From assembly GCA_964590155.1 (NCBI GenBank), contig CAZPWC010000001.1:9651-73650 (forward strand): DNA of 64,000 nt, read 5' to 3'. A program made the position numbers and the translations under genes. Below the pieces are notes generated by a model. It was not told the DNA's origin. It did not search any database and worked only from the letters and a program-made list of their open reading frames with translations. This stretch comes from an uncultured archaeon (GTDB taxonomy: Archaea > Iainarchaeota > Iainarchaeia > Iainarchaeales > JAAZKV01). Shown here piece by piece: positions 55,591-64,000 of the stretch. How positions within the stretch are numbered: position 1 is the first letter of the stretch; each line of letters starts with the position of its first letter.

Positions 55591-55682
55591 AAGTAGCTAT
55601 GGCAAAAGAGAGCTTTTAAATGAAAGCAAAAAAAGAAAGATTTTTAACTAATACAAAATAACAAAAAAGCTGGCAAATTTTT

Positions 55683-56066
55683 TCAGGAAAAAAATTCGAG
55701 AGAGACACCAACTTTCATGGCTTCTTCCAAAGAAAGCATATAATTCTTTTCAGTTATGTGAAAATGCTCAGGTTTGACAAAAAACCAACCCTTATGAGGA
55801 ACTTTCCAACCAACAAAAAACTCTGCACCAGCGGTTTTTGCCCAATTAATTTCATCAGACATGTTAGACAACGGAATGGCTAGATAATTTCCTTTCCAAG
55901 CCTTGCACTCAATCGCAAAAATCTTTCCACTCTTTAATGCAACAACATCAGGACAAGGCAAGGGATTTACCCCACTACCAGCAACACGCAAAACAGCAAA
56001 ACCCTTATCGGCAAAAACTTTAATGAGTTCACGCTCAGCATTCGCACCCTTATTGTAATGAGCCAA
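55683..56066 (-). CDS. hjc: archaeal Holliday junction resolvase
   Basis: KGANAERELI...GFAVLRVAGSG, PDVVA, IECK. Confidence 0.93.
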   Translation of the reverse strand: MAHYNKGANAERELIKVFADKGFAVLRVAGSGVNPLPCPDVVALKSGKIFAIECKAWKGNYLAIPLSNMSDEINWAKTAGAEFFVGWKVPHKGWFFVKPEHFHITEKNYMLSLEEAMKVGVSLEFFS

Positions 56067-56246
56067 ACAAACAACCCCTACTTATGCTTAAAACCCATTA
56101 AATCAGCTATCTTAGCGTCTTTTTGCGCAGGAAGGCCACTAACGCGGGCTTTTCCCGCAATGAACAAACCTCGCGCTTTAGGCAACATAGCAAGGTTTAT
56201 ATGCTTTTTAGTTAATAAAGATTCTTATTATAGAGCAGGTTTGTTT

Positions 56247-56528
56247 GTGTCAAACACAAATATTTGCATTAAAGTTTCAACAGGAAAAAAAGCGTTCGCC
56301 ATAAAATGGAGCGAAGAAGATAATGTTTTATTCGTTGAAACAATTGGTTTGCCAAAAAAAGGCGAAGCCAATAAAGAAATATTAAAAAAATTGACAAAAG
56401 TTTTTTGGACTGAAACTTATTTAGTTTCTGGATTAACTTCGAGAAAGAAAGTATTGGAAATCAAGTTACCAAAAGAACAAGTACTCAAGATACTTGAAAA
56501 ATGCAAGAACAAAAAACTGCTTCTATAA
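56247..56528 (+). CDS. DUF167/UPF0235 family protein
   Basis: PKKGEANKEIL, LVSGLTSRKK; probable GTG start. Confidence 0.8.
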   Translation: MSNTNICIKVSTGKKAFAIKWSEEDNVLFVETIGLPKKGEANKEILKKLTKVFWTETYLVSGLTSRKKVLEIKLPKEQVLKILEKCKNKKLLL

Positions 56529-56568
56529 GTGAATAAAAAAATAGCTAAAAAAAATAGGAAGTGAAATT

Positions 56569-58044
56569 ATGGCTAAAACATATATGAGCACAATAAAATA
56601 TGAAGTGCTTGCAAACTATGAAGTACAAGGAGTTGTAGATAAACCAGATATTGTAGGAGCAATCTTCGGACAAAGCGAAGGATTGTTAGGACAAGATATG
56701 GATCTTAAAGAATTACAGCAAAACGGAAAAATAGGAAGAATAGAAATAACAGTAAACAAAGGAAAAGGAACTACTGCAGGACAAATAACCATTCCAAGTT
56801 CTCTTGACCAAGTAAAAACAAGTATACTTGCCGCAACAATGGAAACCGTAGAAAAAGTAGGGCCATTTGAAGCAAAAGTGCGAGTAATAAAAGTAAGTGA
56901 TACTAGAAAAGAAAAAAGAGAAGTAATCACTGAAAGAGCAAAAGAGCTTTTAAAAAATATGCAAAAATTCGAGGGAGTAGAAACTGACGAAATGGCTCAA
57001 GGAGTAAAAGAAGACCTACGAACAGAAGATGTTGTTGAATACAACGGACTTACTGCAGGGCCTGAAGTTGCTACAAGCGAAGAAATAATTGTAGTAGAAG
57101 GAAGAGCGGATGTTTTGAAGTTACTAAGTTATGGAATAAAAAACGCCATAGCAATGAACGGAGCAAACATTACTCCAGAACTAATAGAACTATGCAACCA
57201 AAAAACGGTTACAATACTTGTTGATGGAGATCGCGGCGGAGAACTAAACACAACCAAATTAATTTCTCTGACAAAAGTTGACTACATCGCAAAAGCACCT
57301 GATGGAAAAGAAGTTGAAGAGCTAACACAAAAAGAAATATTGCTAGCTTTGAAAAGAAAACAAGAATACAAAGCGGGGGCAAAATTTGAGCAACCAACAA
57401 CCCAAAAACCATTCGGGGGCCCGTATAATACATACAGACCAAATAATGGTTTCCAACCAAGAGGAAACGGATATCCTCAACAATTTGAAAGAGGATTTAG
57501 TCCAAGACCTCAAAGATTTGGAAGACCCAATTTTAGAGAAAATAATGAGTTCCGAGGAAATAACGATTTCCGGGGAAATAATAACTTTAGGGGAAACAAT
57601 GATTTCCGACCAAGTTATAGACCAAATAACGGATTTGGACAATCAAGTTACGGACAACCAAGACCTGGTTACAATAATTTCAGACAACCGTTTGAAAAAC
57701 CGCAATTTGCTCCAAGAATAGATTCTCAAGGAACAACTGCAGTTATTCAAGCACAAGAATTGCCAAAAGAATTTAACAAACTAAAAAAAGATTTTGAAAA
57801 ATTAAAAGGCAAATCAAAAGCAAGATTGTTTGATGCAAAGAAGAAAAAAATCAAGGATGTTGAAGTAAAAGACCTCCTTGGAGCTGTCGAAGCAAGCAAG
57901 AAAAAAATCAAAACAATTATTTTCGACGGAATTGTAACAAGCAGATTGGTTGAAACAGCAGAAAAAAATGGGGTAGAAAACCTTATCGGAGTAAAAAAAG
58001 GAAATATTCAACCAACTGAAAAACTAAAAGTATACACAATGTAA
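56569..58044 (+). CDS. dnaG: archaeal DnaG (primase-like, exosome-associated) with low-complexity insert
   Basis: VDKPDIVGAIFGQSEGLLG, VVEGRADV, DGDRGG, GKEVEEL, IIFDGIVT.RLV. Confidence 0.95.
   Translation: MAKTYMSTIKYEVLANYEVQGVVDKPDIVGAIFGQSEGLLGQDMDLKELQQNGKIGRIEITVNKGKGTTAGQITIPSSLDQVKTSILAATMETVEKVGPFEAKVRVIKVSDTRKEKREVITERAKELLKNMQKFEGVETDEMAQGVKEDLRTEDVVEYNGLTAGPEVATSEEIIVVEGRADVLKLLSYGIKNAIAMNGANITPELIELCNQKTVTILVDGDRGGELNTTKLISLTKVDYIAKAPDGKEVEELTQKEILLALKRKQEYKAGAKFEQPTTQKPFGGPYNTYRPNNGFQPRGNGYPQQFERGFSPRPQRFGRPNFRENNEFRGNNDFRGNNNFRGNNDFRPSYRPNNGFGQSSYGQPRPGYNNFRQPFEKPQFAPRIDSQGTTAVIQAQELPKEFNKLKKDFEKLKGKSKARLFDAKKKKIKDVEVKDLLGAVEASKKKIKTIIFDGIVTSRLVETAEKNGVENLIGVKKGNIQPTEKLKVYTM
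57532..57609 (+). repeat. 18-bp-period coding repeat (FRGNND-like x4)
   Basis: FRENNE FRGNND FRGNNN FRGNND FR. Confidence 0.85.
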
Positions 58045-58054
58045 AAAAAGTTAA

Positions 58055-58080
58055 ATGAATAGGGCAAAAACCCTATTCAT
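58055..58080. terminator. perfect 10-bp hairpin between convergent genes
   Basis: ATGAATAGGG-caaaaa-CCCTATTCAT. Confidence 0.6.
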
Positions 58081-58095
58081 ACTAATTTTTCAAAA

Positions 58096-58551
58096 TTATC
58101 TTCTCTTCTTTGCAAAAGATCTTCTAGGAAATTCTGCCTCTTCAATAGGAACAACAATTGAACCATTATTGAACAAGAACAACGCAAACAAGAACACTAG
58201 TGCCCAAGAAAAAAACTGAACTATAGGCCCTAAAACAGCGGTCCACATTTGGCGTTGCGTTAGATTATATACTCCGCCAGGAATCTGCGCACCAGTAATC
58301 TGATACAAAGAATCCTTGCATTCTTGAACTTTTAATTCAGAAAGCATAAAATCTATGCCTGCATTGCCGCTTATATCCTTAGAGTAATTCAACCCAGAAG
58401 TAACGCAATCATCAAAATCACGAACTGTTTGCCAAGAATCGAACATTACCGCACCAGACTTAACCAGCATTAGAACAGCAATAACTATCAAAAAGGCACC
58501 AACCATTCTTGGTAATTCTGCACGTTCATTTCCAACCTTAAATAAAAGCAT
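58096..58551 (-). CDS. membrane protein (2 TM)
   Basis: Two hydrophobic segments; start uncertain (track ORF extends to 58671). Confidence 0.65.
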   Translation of the reverse strand: MLLFKVGNERAELPRMVGAFLIVIAVLMLVKSGAVMFDSWQTVRDFDDCVTSGLNYSKDISGNAGIDFMLSELKVQECKDSLYQITGAQIPGGVYNLTQRQMWTAVLGPIVQFFSWALVFLFALFLFNNGSIVVPIEEAEFPRRSFAKKRR

Positions 58552-58836
58552 CCTACTCAAAGACACCACCTTTAGTAGAACGAGGAAAAACTCATATATA
58601 AACCTTCTCAGCGCACAAGCTTTACACTTAAAGCAATGGAAAAGCAGAACTAAAAATACAAATCTTAACATACAAAGAACTCAAAATTTCAAAAAGTCAA
58701 GGTTTAAAAAAACACCACACCACTTTTTGTTTTAGTAAAGAAAAAAGTCGAGCACTAAAGGTGCGAGCAAATGGGTGCCGTGCATCCATTATCCTGCCGG
58801 TTTTGGAACAACAAAGTCGAGCAACAGCGAGCAAAT

Positions 58837-58878
58837 CAATTGCAAAGCAATTGGTTCTCATGCCAGCTTTGAGAAGCT
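58837..58878 (+). repeat. 42-nt structured element abutting tRNA-Val (copy 1)
   Basis: 31/42 identical to 62063-62104, with compensatory stem changes. Confidence 0.8.
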
Positions 58879-58951
58879 GGGCCGGTGGTCTAGCGGCTAT
58901 GACATCACCCTTACAAGGTGAGAGTCGGCGGTTCGAATCCGCCTCGGCCCA
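58879..58951 (+). tRNA. tRNA-Val(TAC)
   Basis: GGGCCGG/TCGGCCC; TCACC-CTTACAA-GGTGA; GGCGG-TTCGAAT-CCGCC; no encoded CCA. Confidence 0.96.
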
Positions 58952-59040
58952 CTTATAATTATTTAATAAATTATTCAATATGGCAAATTGTTCAATAAAT
59001 ATTTATCCAAAAAGGAAATACAAAAATAAATTTTGTGGAT

Positions 59041-60159
59041 CTATTTTAGTAAGAAAACAAGCAAAAAGCTTCCAATTGCGGCAAAAATTAAACCTATTTG
59101 AGGAATCGGAAAAACTATAACTGTTAACATGCAAATTATAATTCCTGTGTGAATAACTGTTTCTCGGTAAATAATATATTCCATTGCATTCTTACCCGCA
59201 TTAGAATAAGTTGTGGCATCAACCGATATTTCAGCAGAAGGCCTTACAAGACCGTAAAGTGAATCAACAACATAAGCAACAAGGGGCAAAGCAACAAGCA
59301 ATCTAACTACCCACAAAATTCCTGCAACAAAAAAAGATCCTTTAATAAAATTCTTTCTTTTTTTATCAAAAAAAGAACCAAACATTATTGTAGCAGCAAG
59401 AGAAACTATAAGCAACAAGGTTGTTATGAAACCAAGTTCCACGTAATTCCCAAAAATAGAAAACAAAATAAGGGGCCAAAAAACTCCGAGTGCTCTGGCA
59501 TAAAAACCATAACCCAATTAACCTATTGAATGATTTAGATTCCTATTCGCGAATATTTTTTTTAAAGAAAAATCCACAGAATCTTTTTTGTCTTCAGTTA
59601 ACAACAGCGGAATTATCGAAGCAAGAATAATTAATATAACAAAAACCAATAAATAACTAAAATTCAAATAAACAATAACTAACGCACCAATAATAGGAGC
59701 AACTGCAGAGGCAACAGAACTTATAATGTTCGCAAAAGCAACTTCTTTTCCTCTTTCCCCATCACGACTATTTTCAGCAAAATCCGCATGAAAAGCAAAC
59801 CAAAACAACGCACTATACACCCCTAAGAAAAAAGAAATTAAAACTAGGGGAATAGAAGATGATTCTAAAAGATAAAGCGAAACAAAAAATAAAATCAAAA
59901 AAGGCTGACTTGCAATAATTACGTGCTTAAACCCCCACTTTGAAGACAAATAAGCGGCAGGAATAATAAAAATAATGTGAAAAAAACTAAACAAACCAAA
60001 AAATACAAAAACATCAATAAGAGAATAACCCAAACTCAGGAAAAATAAGGGAATAAAAACTGAAATTAACCCGAAAGAAAAAGCCCTCAACCCCAAATTA
60101 ACATAAAGCTCATCAACCTCTTTATTTTGCAACAAACTAAAATGTTTTTGGAAATCCAT
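59041..60159 (-). pseudogene. MFS transporter interrupted by one in-frame TAA (59518-59520)
   Basis: Two abutting same-frame ORFs (213 + 158 aa) join into a ~372-codon MFS-like protein. Confidence 0.75.
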
Positions 60160-60245
60160 TAAAGAGAAATCACTTAACAGAATATAAGGCTAATTGCCCC
60201 GCTTTTCTTAATTAATCTTAAATACATAAAGAACCTAAATCTTGA

Positions 60246-61952
60246 ATGAAAAACTTATTTATCTTGCTTGTAATGCTTTTGATTTTGACAAATGTTTATG
60301 CAAATGAGTTTTACCCAACAACAATCTTAGAGTTACAAACAATAGTAACTATGGGAGGAGATGGAACAATAGAGGATTTAAAAGGAAATGAAGAGGTAAA
60401 ATTTCAAACATTAACTTTTCAGGAAAGCCCCTACCAAACAATAACAAACTTAGATGAAAAACTAACAATAAATGGAGAAATAATAAGACCGACCCACACT
60501 TTTGATGAATATGGAAACAAATATGCTAATTTTACAATACGAGAAAACGGAAACTTTGTCTATGAAATAACCGCGCAAATTGACACAAAATCTTTAATAT
60601 TTAAAATAGAAGATTACAATATCGGTGAACCAAAAGAAAGCACCCAACTATATACAAAAAAGAGCGAAAAAATTGAGAGTGAGTCACAAGAAATACTAAC
60701 TCTTGCAAAAAATAAATTGTACAAAAAAGGATATATCGAAACAGTAAATGATGCGGTTTTTTGGGTAAATGATTACGTTGAGTATGCAAAGGGGGAAGAA
60801 TTCAACAAATATTACTTACTACAAAGATCCGCAATACAAACACTAATGGACAAAAAAGGGGTTTGTGATGAATTTGCTAACCTTGCCGCAGGAATATTAC
60901 GCGCAAAAAAAGTACCAACACGAATAAACATTGGAATAACTTTTGATGGACAAGAATGGGGAAACCACGCATGGATAGGAACTTATCACGAAAAAGCGGG
61001 ATGGATAGCAAGCGACCCAACATTTAGAGAATCAGGATTTGTTGACGCTACTCACATAAAGATAGGTAGCTTTGCTGATGTAACTGAATCACTCGCAAAA
61101 GCAATTTATCCATCAACAACAAAAGTAACTTTCAAAGCACAAACACTCCCCCAAGTAGATGTAATAGGAAAAAAGTACTTTGCAAACGTAACTTTGAGTG
61201 CACAACCTTTTGATTTGAAAGCAAACCAGTGGAATGAATTGGACTTAAAAGTAAAAAACACTTCAAGCGGAACACTAACAGTTCCAATATCAATAAAACA
61301 AAATTATAAAGACATATTGATTCAAGAAAGTACAAAAGCCGTTATATTACTCCCCGGACAGGAAGAAGCAATACAATTTAGGGTTTATCCAAATATTACT
61401 TTAAAATCGGGAGAAATGGCAAAAGGAAATATAACTTTTAATTCCCTAACAAAACCATACGAAGTTGAAATGACGATAAACCCTTCAAGCGCAAAAGATA
61501 ACGGAATTGTAAGAGTAAAAGATATTACACCAATAGCAACAATAGATCAAATAAACATTGCGACAAAAATAGCAAATTATAAATCAGAAAAAGTGATAAT
61601 TGATTTTAATGCTAGTGATACAAACAATAATATTGTATGGCAAGAAGAACTAGAAGCATTTTCTGAAAAAACTTTCTGGAAAACGCTCCCCCTAAATGAC
61701 GCAGGGTATTTGATACAAATAACAACCCCAACGGAAACTTACAAGCAAAACATTTACCTTGAAAAACAAAGTTTAGTTGTGGTGAAAGAACCGGAAAGAA
61801 AAGATACAATAATACAAAAAGTTGAAGTTCCTGTGGAAAAAAATATATTTGATTCAATGCAAAACAACCCAGAAATACTAATACTTGCTTTACTGATGGG
61901 TTTAGTCACAACCCTTTTAGGATTATTTTTAGTCAAAAAACAATACGTATAG
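60246..61952 (+). CDS. exported transglutaminase-like (Cys-His-Asp) protein with C-terminal membrane anchor
   Basis: Signal peptide; KGVCDEFA, NHAW, DPT; C-terminal TM followed by KK. Confidence 0.88.
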   Translation: MKNLFILLVMLLILTNVYANEFYPTTILELQTIVTMGGDGTIEDLKGNEEVKFQTLTFQESPYQTITNLDEKLTINGEIIRPTHTFDEYGNKYANFTIRENGNFVYEITAQIDTKSLIFKIEDYNIGEPKESTQLYTKKSEKIESESQEILTLAKNKLYKKGYIETVNDAVFWVNDYVEYAKGEEFNKYYLLQRSAIQTLMDKKGVCDEFANLAAGILRAKKVPTRINIGITFDGQEWGNHAWIGTYHEKAGWIASDPTFRESGFVDATHIKIGSFADVTESLAKAIYPSTTKVTFKAQTLPQVDVIGKKYFANVTLSAQPFDLKANQWNELDLKVKNTSSGTLTVPISIKQNYKDILIQESTKAVILLPGQEEAIQFRVYPNITLKSGEMAKGNITFNSLTKPYEVEMTINPSSAKDNGIVRVKDITPIATIDQINIATKIANYKSEKVIIDFNASDTNNNIVWQEELEAFSEKTFWKTLPLNDAGYLIQITTPTETYKQNIYLEKQSLVVVKEPERKDTIIQKVEVPVEKNIFDSMQNNPEILILALLMGLVTTLLGLFLVKKQYV

Positions 61953-62062
61953 TTTTTAAACAATCCACAAGAAAACTTCTCTAATAAAAAATACTAGGGT
62001 TATCGCCAAGTGATAATCTCACATATCGGCTTTTAGAAGCTGCAAAAAATACAAAGTCAAGT

Positions 62063-62104
62063 GTACTGCGAAGCAGTACGCTCTCATGCCGACTTTGAGA
62101 AGCC
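62063..62104 (+). repeat. 42-nt structured element abutting tRNA-Gly (copy 2)
   Basis: GTACTGC-GAA-GCAGTAC-GCTCTCATGCCGACTTTGAGAAGCC. Confidence 0.8.
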
Positions 62105-62260
62105 GCGATCGTTGTCTAGTGGTTATGATTCGTCCTTGCCAGAGCCTTTGAAAAAGGCTCGCGAAACACTCGCTTAGTGCGAGTGAAAGCCTGCTTTGAG
62201 CAGGCAACGCGAGAAAACTGCAACTAGGACGGGGCCCGGGTTCAATTCCCGGCGGTCGCA
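62105..62260 (+). tRNA. tRNA-Gly(GCC) with 84-nt intron at 37/38 (62142-62225)
   Basis: GCGATCG/CGGTCGC; CGTCC/GGACG; CCGGG-TTCAATT-CCCGG; BHB with TTGC:GCAA helix and CAG/CTA bulges. Confidence 0.92.
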
Positions 62261-62276
62261 CTAAAGAAAACAAAAG

Positions 62277-62516
62277 ATGGAGATGATGAAAATGGGTTTA
62301 TTCGGGCAAATAGTTGGCGGATTTTTAGTAGGAACAGTAATCACATCAATAATAGTTGTGATAATTGCAACAATCTTTTTCACAGCGACACTATTTATTG
62401 TGAGTATGTCAAGCAATTTAGTTTTTGGTTCCTTACCTGACCCGAACTGGGCTGTTTTAGCAGCGGCAATACTATCAGTAGGGTCAATAATGACAGGGTC
62501 TTTTGGAAAAAGATAG
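62277..62516 (+). CDS. small membrane protein
   Basis: Two hydrophobic segments. Confidence 0.65.
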   Translation: MEMMKMGLFGQIVGGFLVGTVITSIIVVIIATIFFTATLFIVSMSSNLVFGSLPDPNWAVLAAAILSVGSIMTGSFGKR

Positions 62517-62555
62517 AAACTACTTCTTACAAAAAAAAGCTTTTTAGAAAAGGAA

Positions 62556-63479
62556 TTATTTCCTTTTCTTTTTTATTTTTCCTTTACTTTTGCTTTTTGC
62601 CAAAACCTTTTTCTTAATTTTTTTACTAAAAACTCTTCTAGCCAAGATATTTTTAATTCGAGAAGAAGATTCGCGTTCACGCAAAAGCTGAGAAAATATT
62701 TCAGTGATAGCTGAATAATAGCAAATAGCAATAGGAGCGAGAGCAAACAAGTAAGCTCCGCGAAGAGATAATTCGTAAGAAATACGATTAATGAAAAAAT
62801 AAGATAAGACAAAATTAGCTATTATTGCTAAAACAATACTAATTAAAAAAAACATTATAACTATCAAACCCAAAGCAAACATCAACGCAATCAAAATCGA
62901 ATCAAACTTGTTGTGAGTCAAATACCATGATTCTTTTGGAGCTTCAAAAATAGAAACGTTTTTGCTGTAAAAAATAGGCACCGTAAACATCAGTCGAGTA
63001 AAGTTGTAAATCAATAATAAAATATAAGCAAATAAAAATATCACCAGAGAATAATATATTAGTGTTGAAGGAACTGTCAAATAATAAAAGAAAAGAAGCG
63101 GAATTCCTAAAACAAGTAAAAGTTGAGTAAACCTAAAATATTTGTCCTTCAGATTCCACACAAACAAATACCAAAGCTCTACAAAAACTAACGGAAAAGT
63201 AAGCAAGAACTTCTTTAGTGTGACTTTTGGGGCGCCAAGCTTTTTTTGAAACAAAAAAACTGTTGTTAACGCAACAAAGCCAAAAATAACTGCAACGTAA
63301 ATAAACTCATAAAGAACTAAAACTAATGGTTGAAGCGACAAACCAAAAAGACCTTTCTCCATAGCCCAAGGAACAATAACTAAAATGGGAAAAGCAATCC
63401 AAAACAAAAGCAAAAACCACAAATGGTTCTTCAAAGAGAGACACTTATAAGACGCCTCAATAACCCTGTTAAAATTCAT
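62556..63479 (-). CDS. multi-pass membrane protein with basic tail
   Basis: About 7 hydrophobic segments, K-rich C-terminus. Confidence 0.75.
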   Translation of the reverse strand: MNFNRVIEASYKCLSLKNHLWFLLLFWIAFPILVIVPWAMEKGLFGLSLQPLVLVLYEFIYVAVIFGFVALTTVFLFQKKLGAPKVTLKKFLLTFPLVFVELWYLFVWNLKDKYFRFTQLLLVLGIPLLFFYYLTVPSTLIYYSLVIFLFAYILLLIYNFTRLMFTVPIFYSKNVSIFEAPKESWYLTHNKFDSILIALMFALGLIVIMFFLISIVLAIIANFVLSYFFINRISYELSLRGAYLFALAPIAICYYSAITEIFSQLLRERESSSRIKNILARRVFSKKIKKKVLAKSKSKGKIKKKRK

Positions 63480-63561
63480 ATTAAAAAATACACTTTTCTT
63501 GCTTTTAAATGTTGCTGAAAAGTTCTAAAAAGAAAAAAGCCGGGCAAAATACATCCAATGA

Positions 63562-64000
63562 CTAAAATAAAACTTTGTCAATCAATGGTTTTATCTGTTC
63601 AAAAACCGCATCAATTGGTTTATTTGCATCAACAATAACAATATTTTCTTTAGGCAAATCCTTAGGCAGAGCTAAAAAACGTTCGCGCAACTTTGTAATA
63701 AAGTCGAGTTCCCTAAAATTATCTGATTGCTTTCTTTTCTCTGACTTTTCTGAATTAATTCTGCGAAAAGCTTCTTCTGGAGAAACATCAAGAATTACAG
63801 ATAACTTTGGAGCAAGAAAATCTTTGTGCGCAGAAAAAACCCTTTCAAAAGGGGTTCCCTGAACTGTTTGATAAGCAATACTTGAATACTTATACCGATC
63901 ACAAATAATCACAAAACCTTTTTCCAAACAAGGACTTATTATATTCTTTATGTGCCAAGCGCGATCATCAACAAACGCTTGAAAAATTTCTTCTTTCAAG
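63562..64000 (-). CDS. tmk: thymidylate kinase (5' part outside window)
   Basis: DRAWH, IICDRYKYSSIAYQ, ILDVSPEEA, VDAN. Confidence 0.92.
   Translation of the reverse strand, partial: LKEEIFQAFVDDRAWHIKNIISPCLEKGFVIICDRYKYSSIAYQTVQGTPFERVFSAHKDFLAPKLSVILDVSPEEAFRRINSEKSEKRKQSDNFRELDFITKLRERFLALPKDLPKENIVIVDANKPIDAVFEQIKPLIDKVLF

Noticed and set aside
58837..58951. Split or permuted tRNA with complementary leader
   Set aside because: tRNA-Val and tRNA-Gly are complete and colinear, and their leaders are similar to each other rather than complementary.
59518..59520. Genome-wide TAA reassignment
   Set aside because: TAA ends many conserved genes normally (thrS, rli, dnaG); this is a single case.
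58952..62104. Integrated element between tRNA-Val and tRNA-Gly
   Set aside because: No integrase and no duplicated tRNA 3' end; the region holds only an MFS and a transglutaminase-like gene.
62142..62225. Intron-encoded C/D box guide RNA
   Set aside because: No RTGATGA or CTGA boxes are present.

Overview
AT-rich archaeal chromosome segment, probably DPANN (Iainarchaeota/Diapherotrites-like; taxonomy is inference). Housekeeping genes include cdc48, topA, rfcS, nreA, thrS, ABCE1, pelota, elp3, taw3, cca, EF-1beta, rad50, herA, nurA, eS17, rpoK, pth2, hjc, dnaG and tmk. There are three tRNAs: Arg-TCG with a 12-nt intron, Val-TAC, and Gly-GCC with an 84-nt structured intron. A 12-kb type IV pilus locus holds a KlbA/CpaF ATPase with an Ala-start intein, two TadB/C proteins, a prepilin peptidase and 11 class III signal-peptide genes. 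Most unusual: (1) a covarying 42-nt structured element directly abutting the 5' ends of two unrelated tRNAs; (2) about 10 dispersed Arg-rich orphan genes, several starting MP-, some with kinase, methyltransferase or cysteine-hydrolase-like folds; (3) intact but apparently catalytically dead homologues of class III RNR and PolB; (4) G-U-rich candidate ncRNAs; (5) strong strand compositional asymmetry; (6) an MFS gene split by one in-frame TAA. No CRISPR array, rRNA or transposase was seen. All homology calls come from motif recognition by eye, not database searches.
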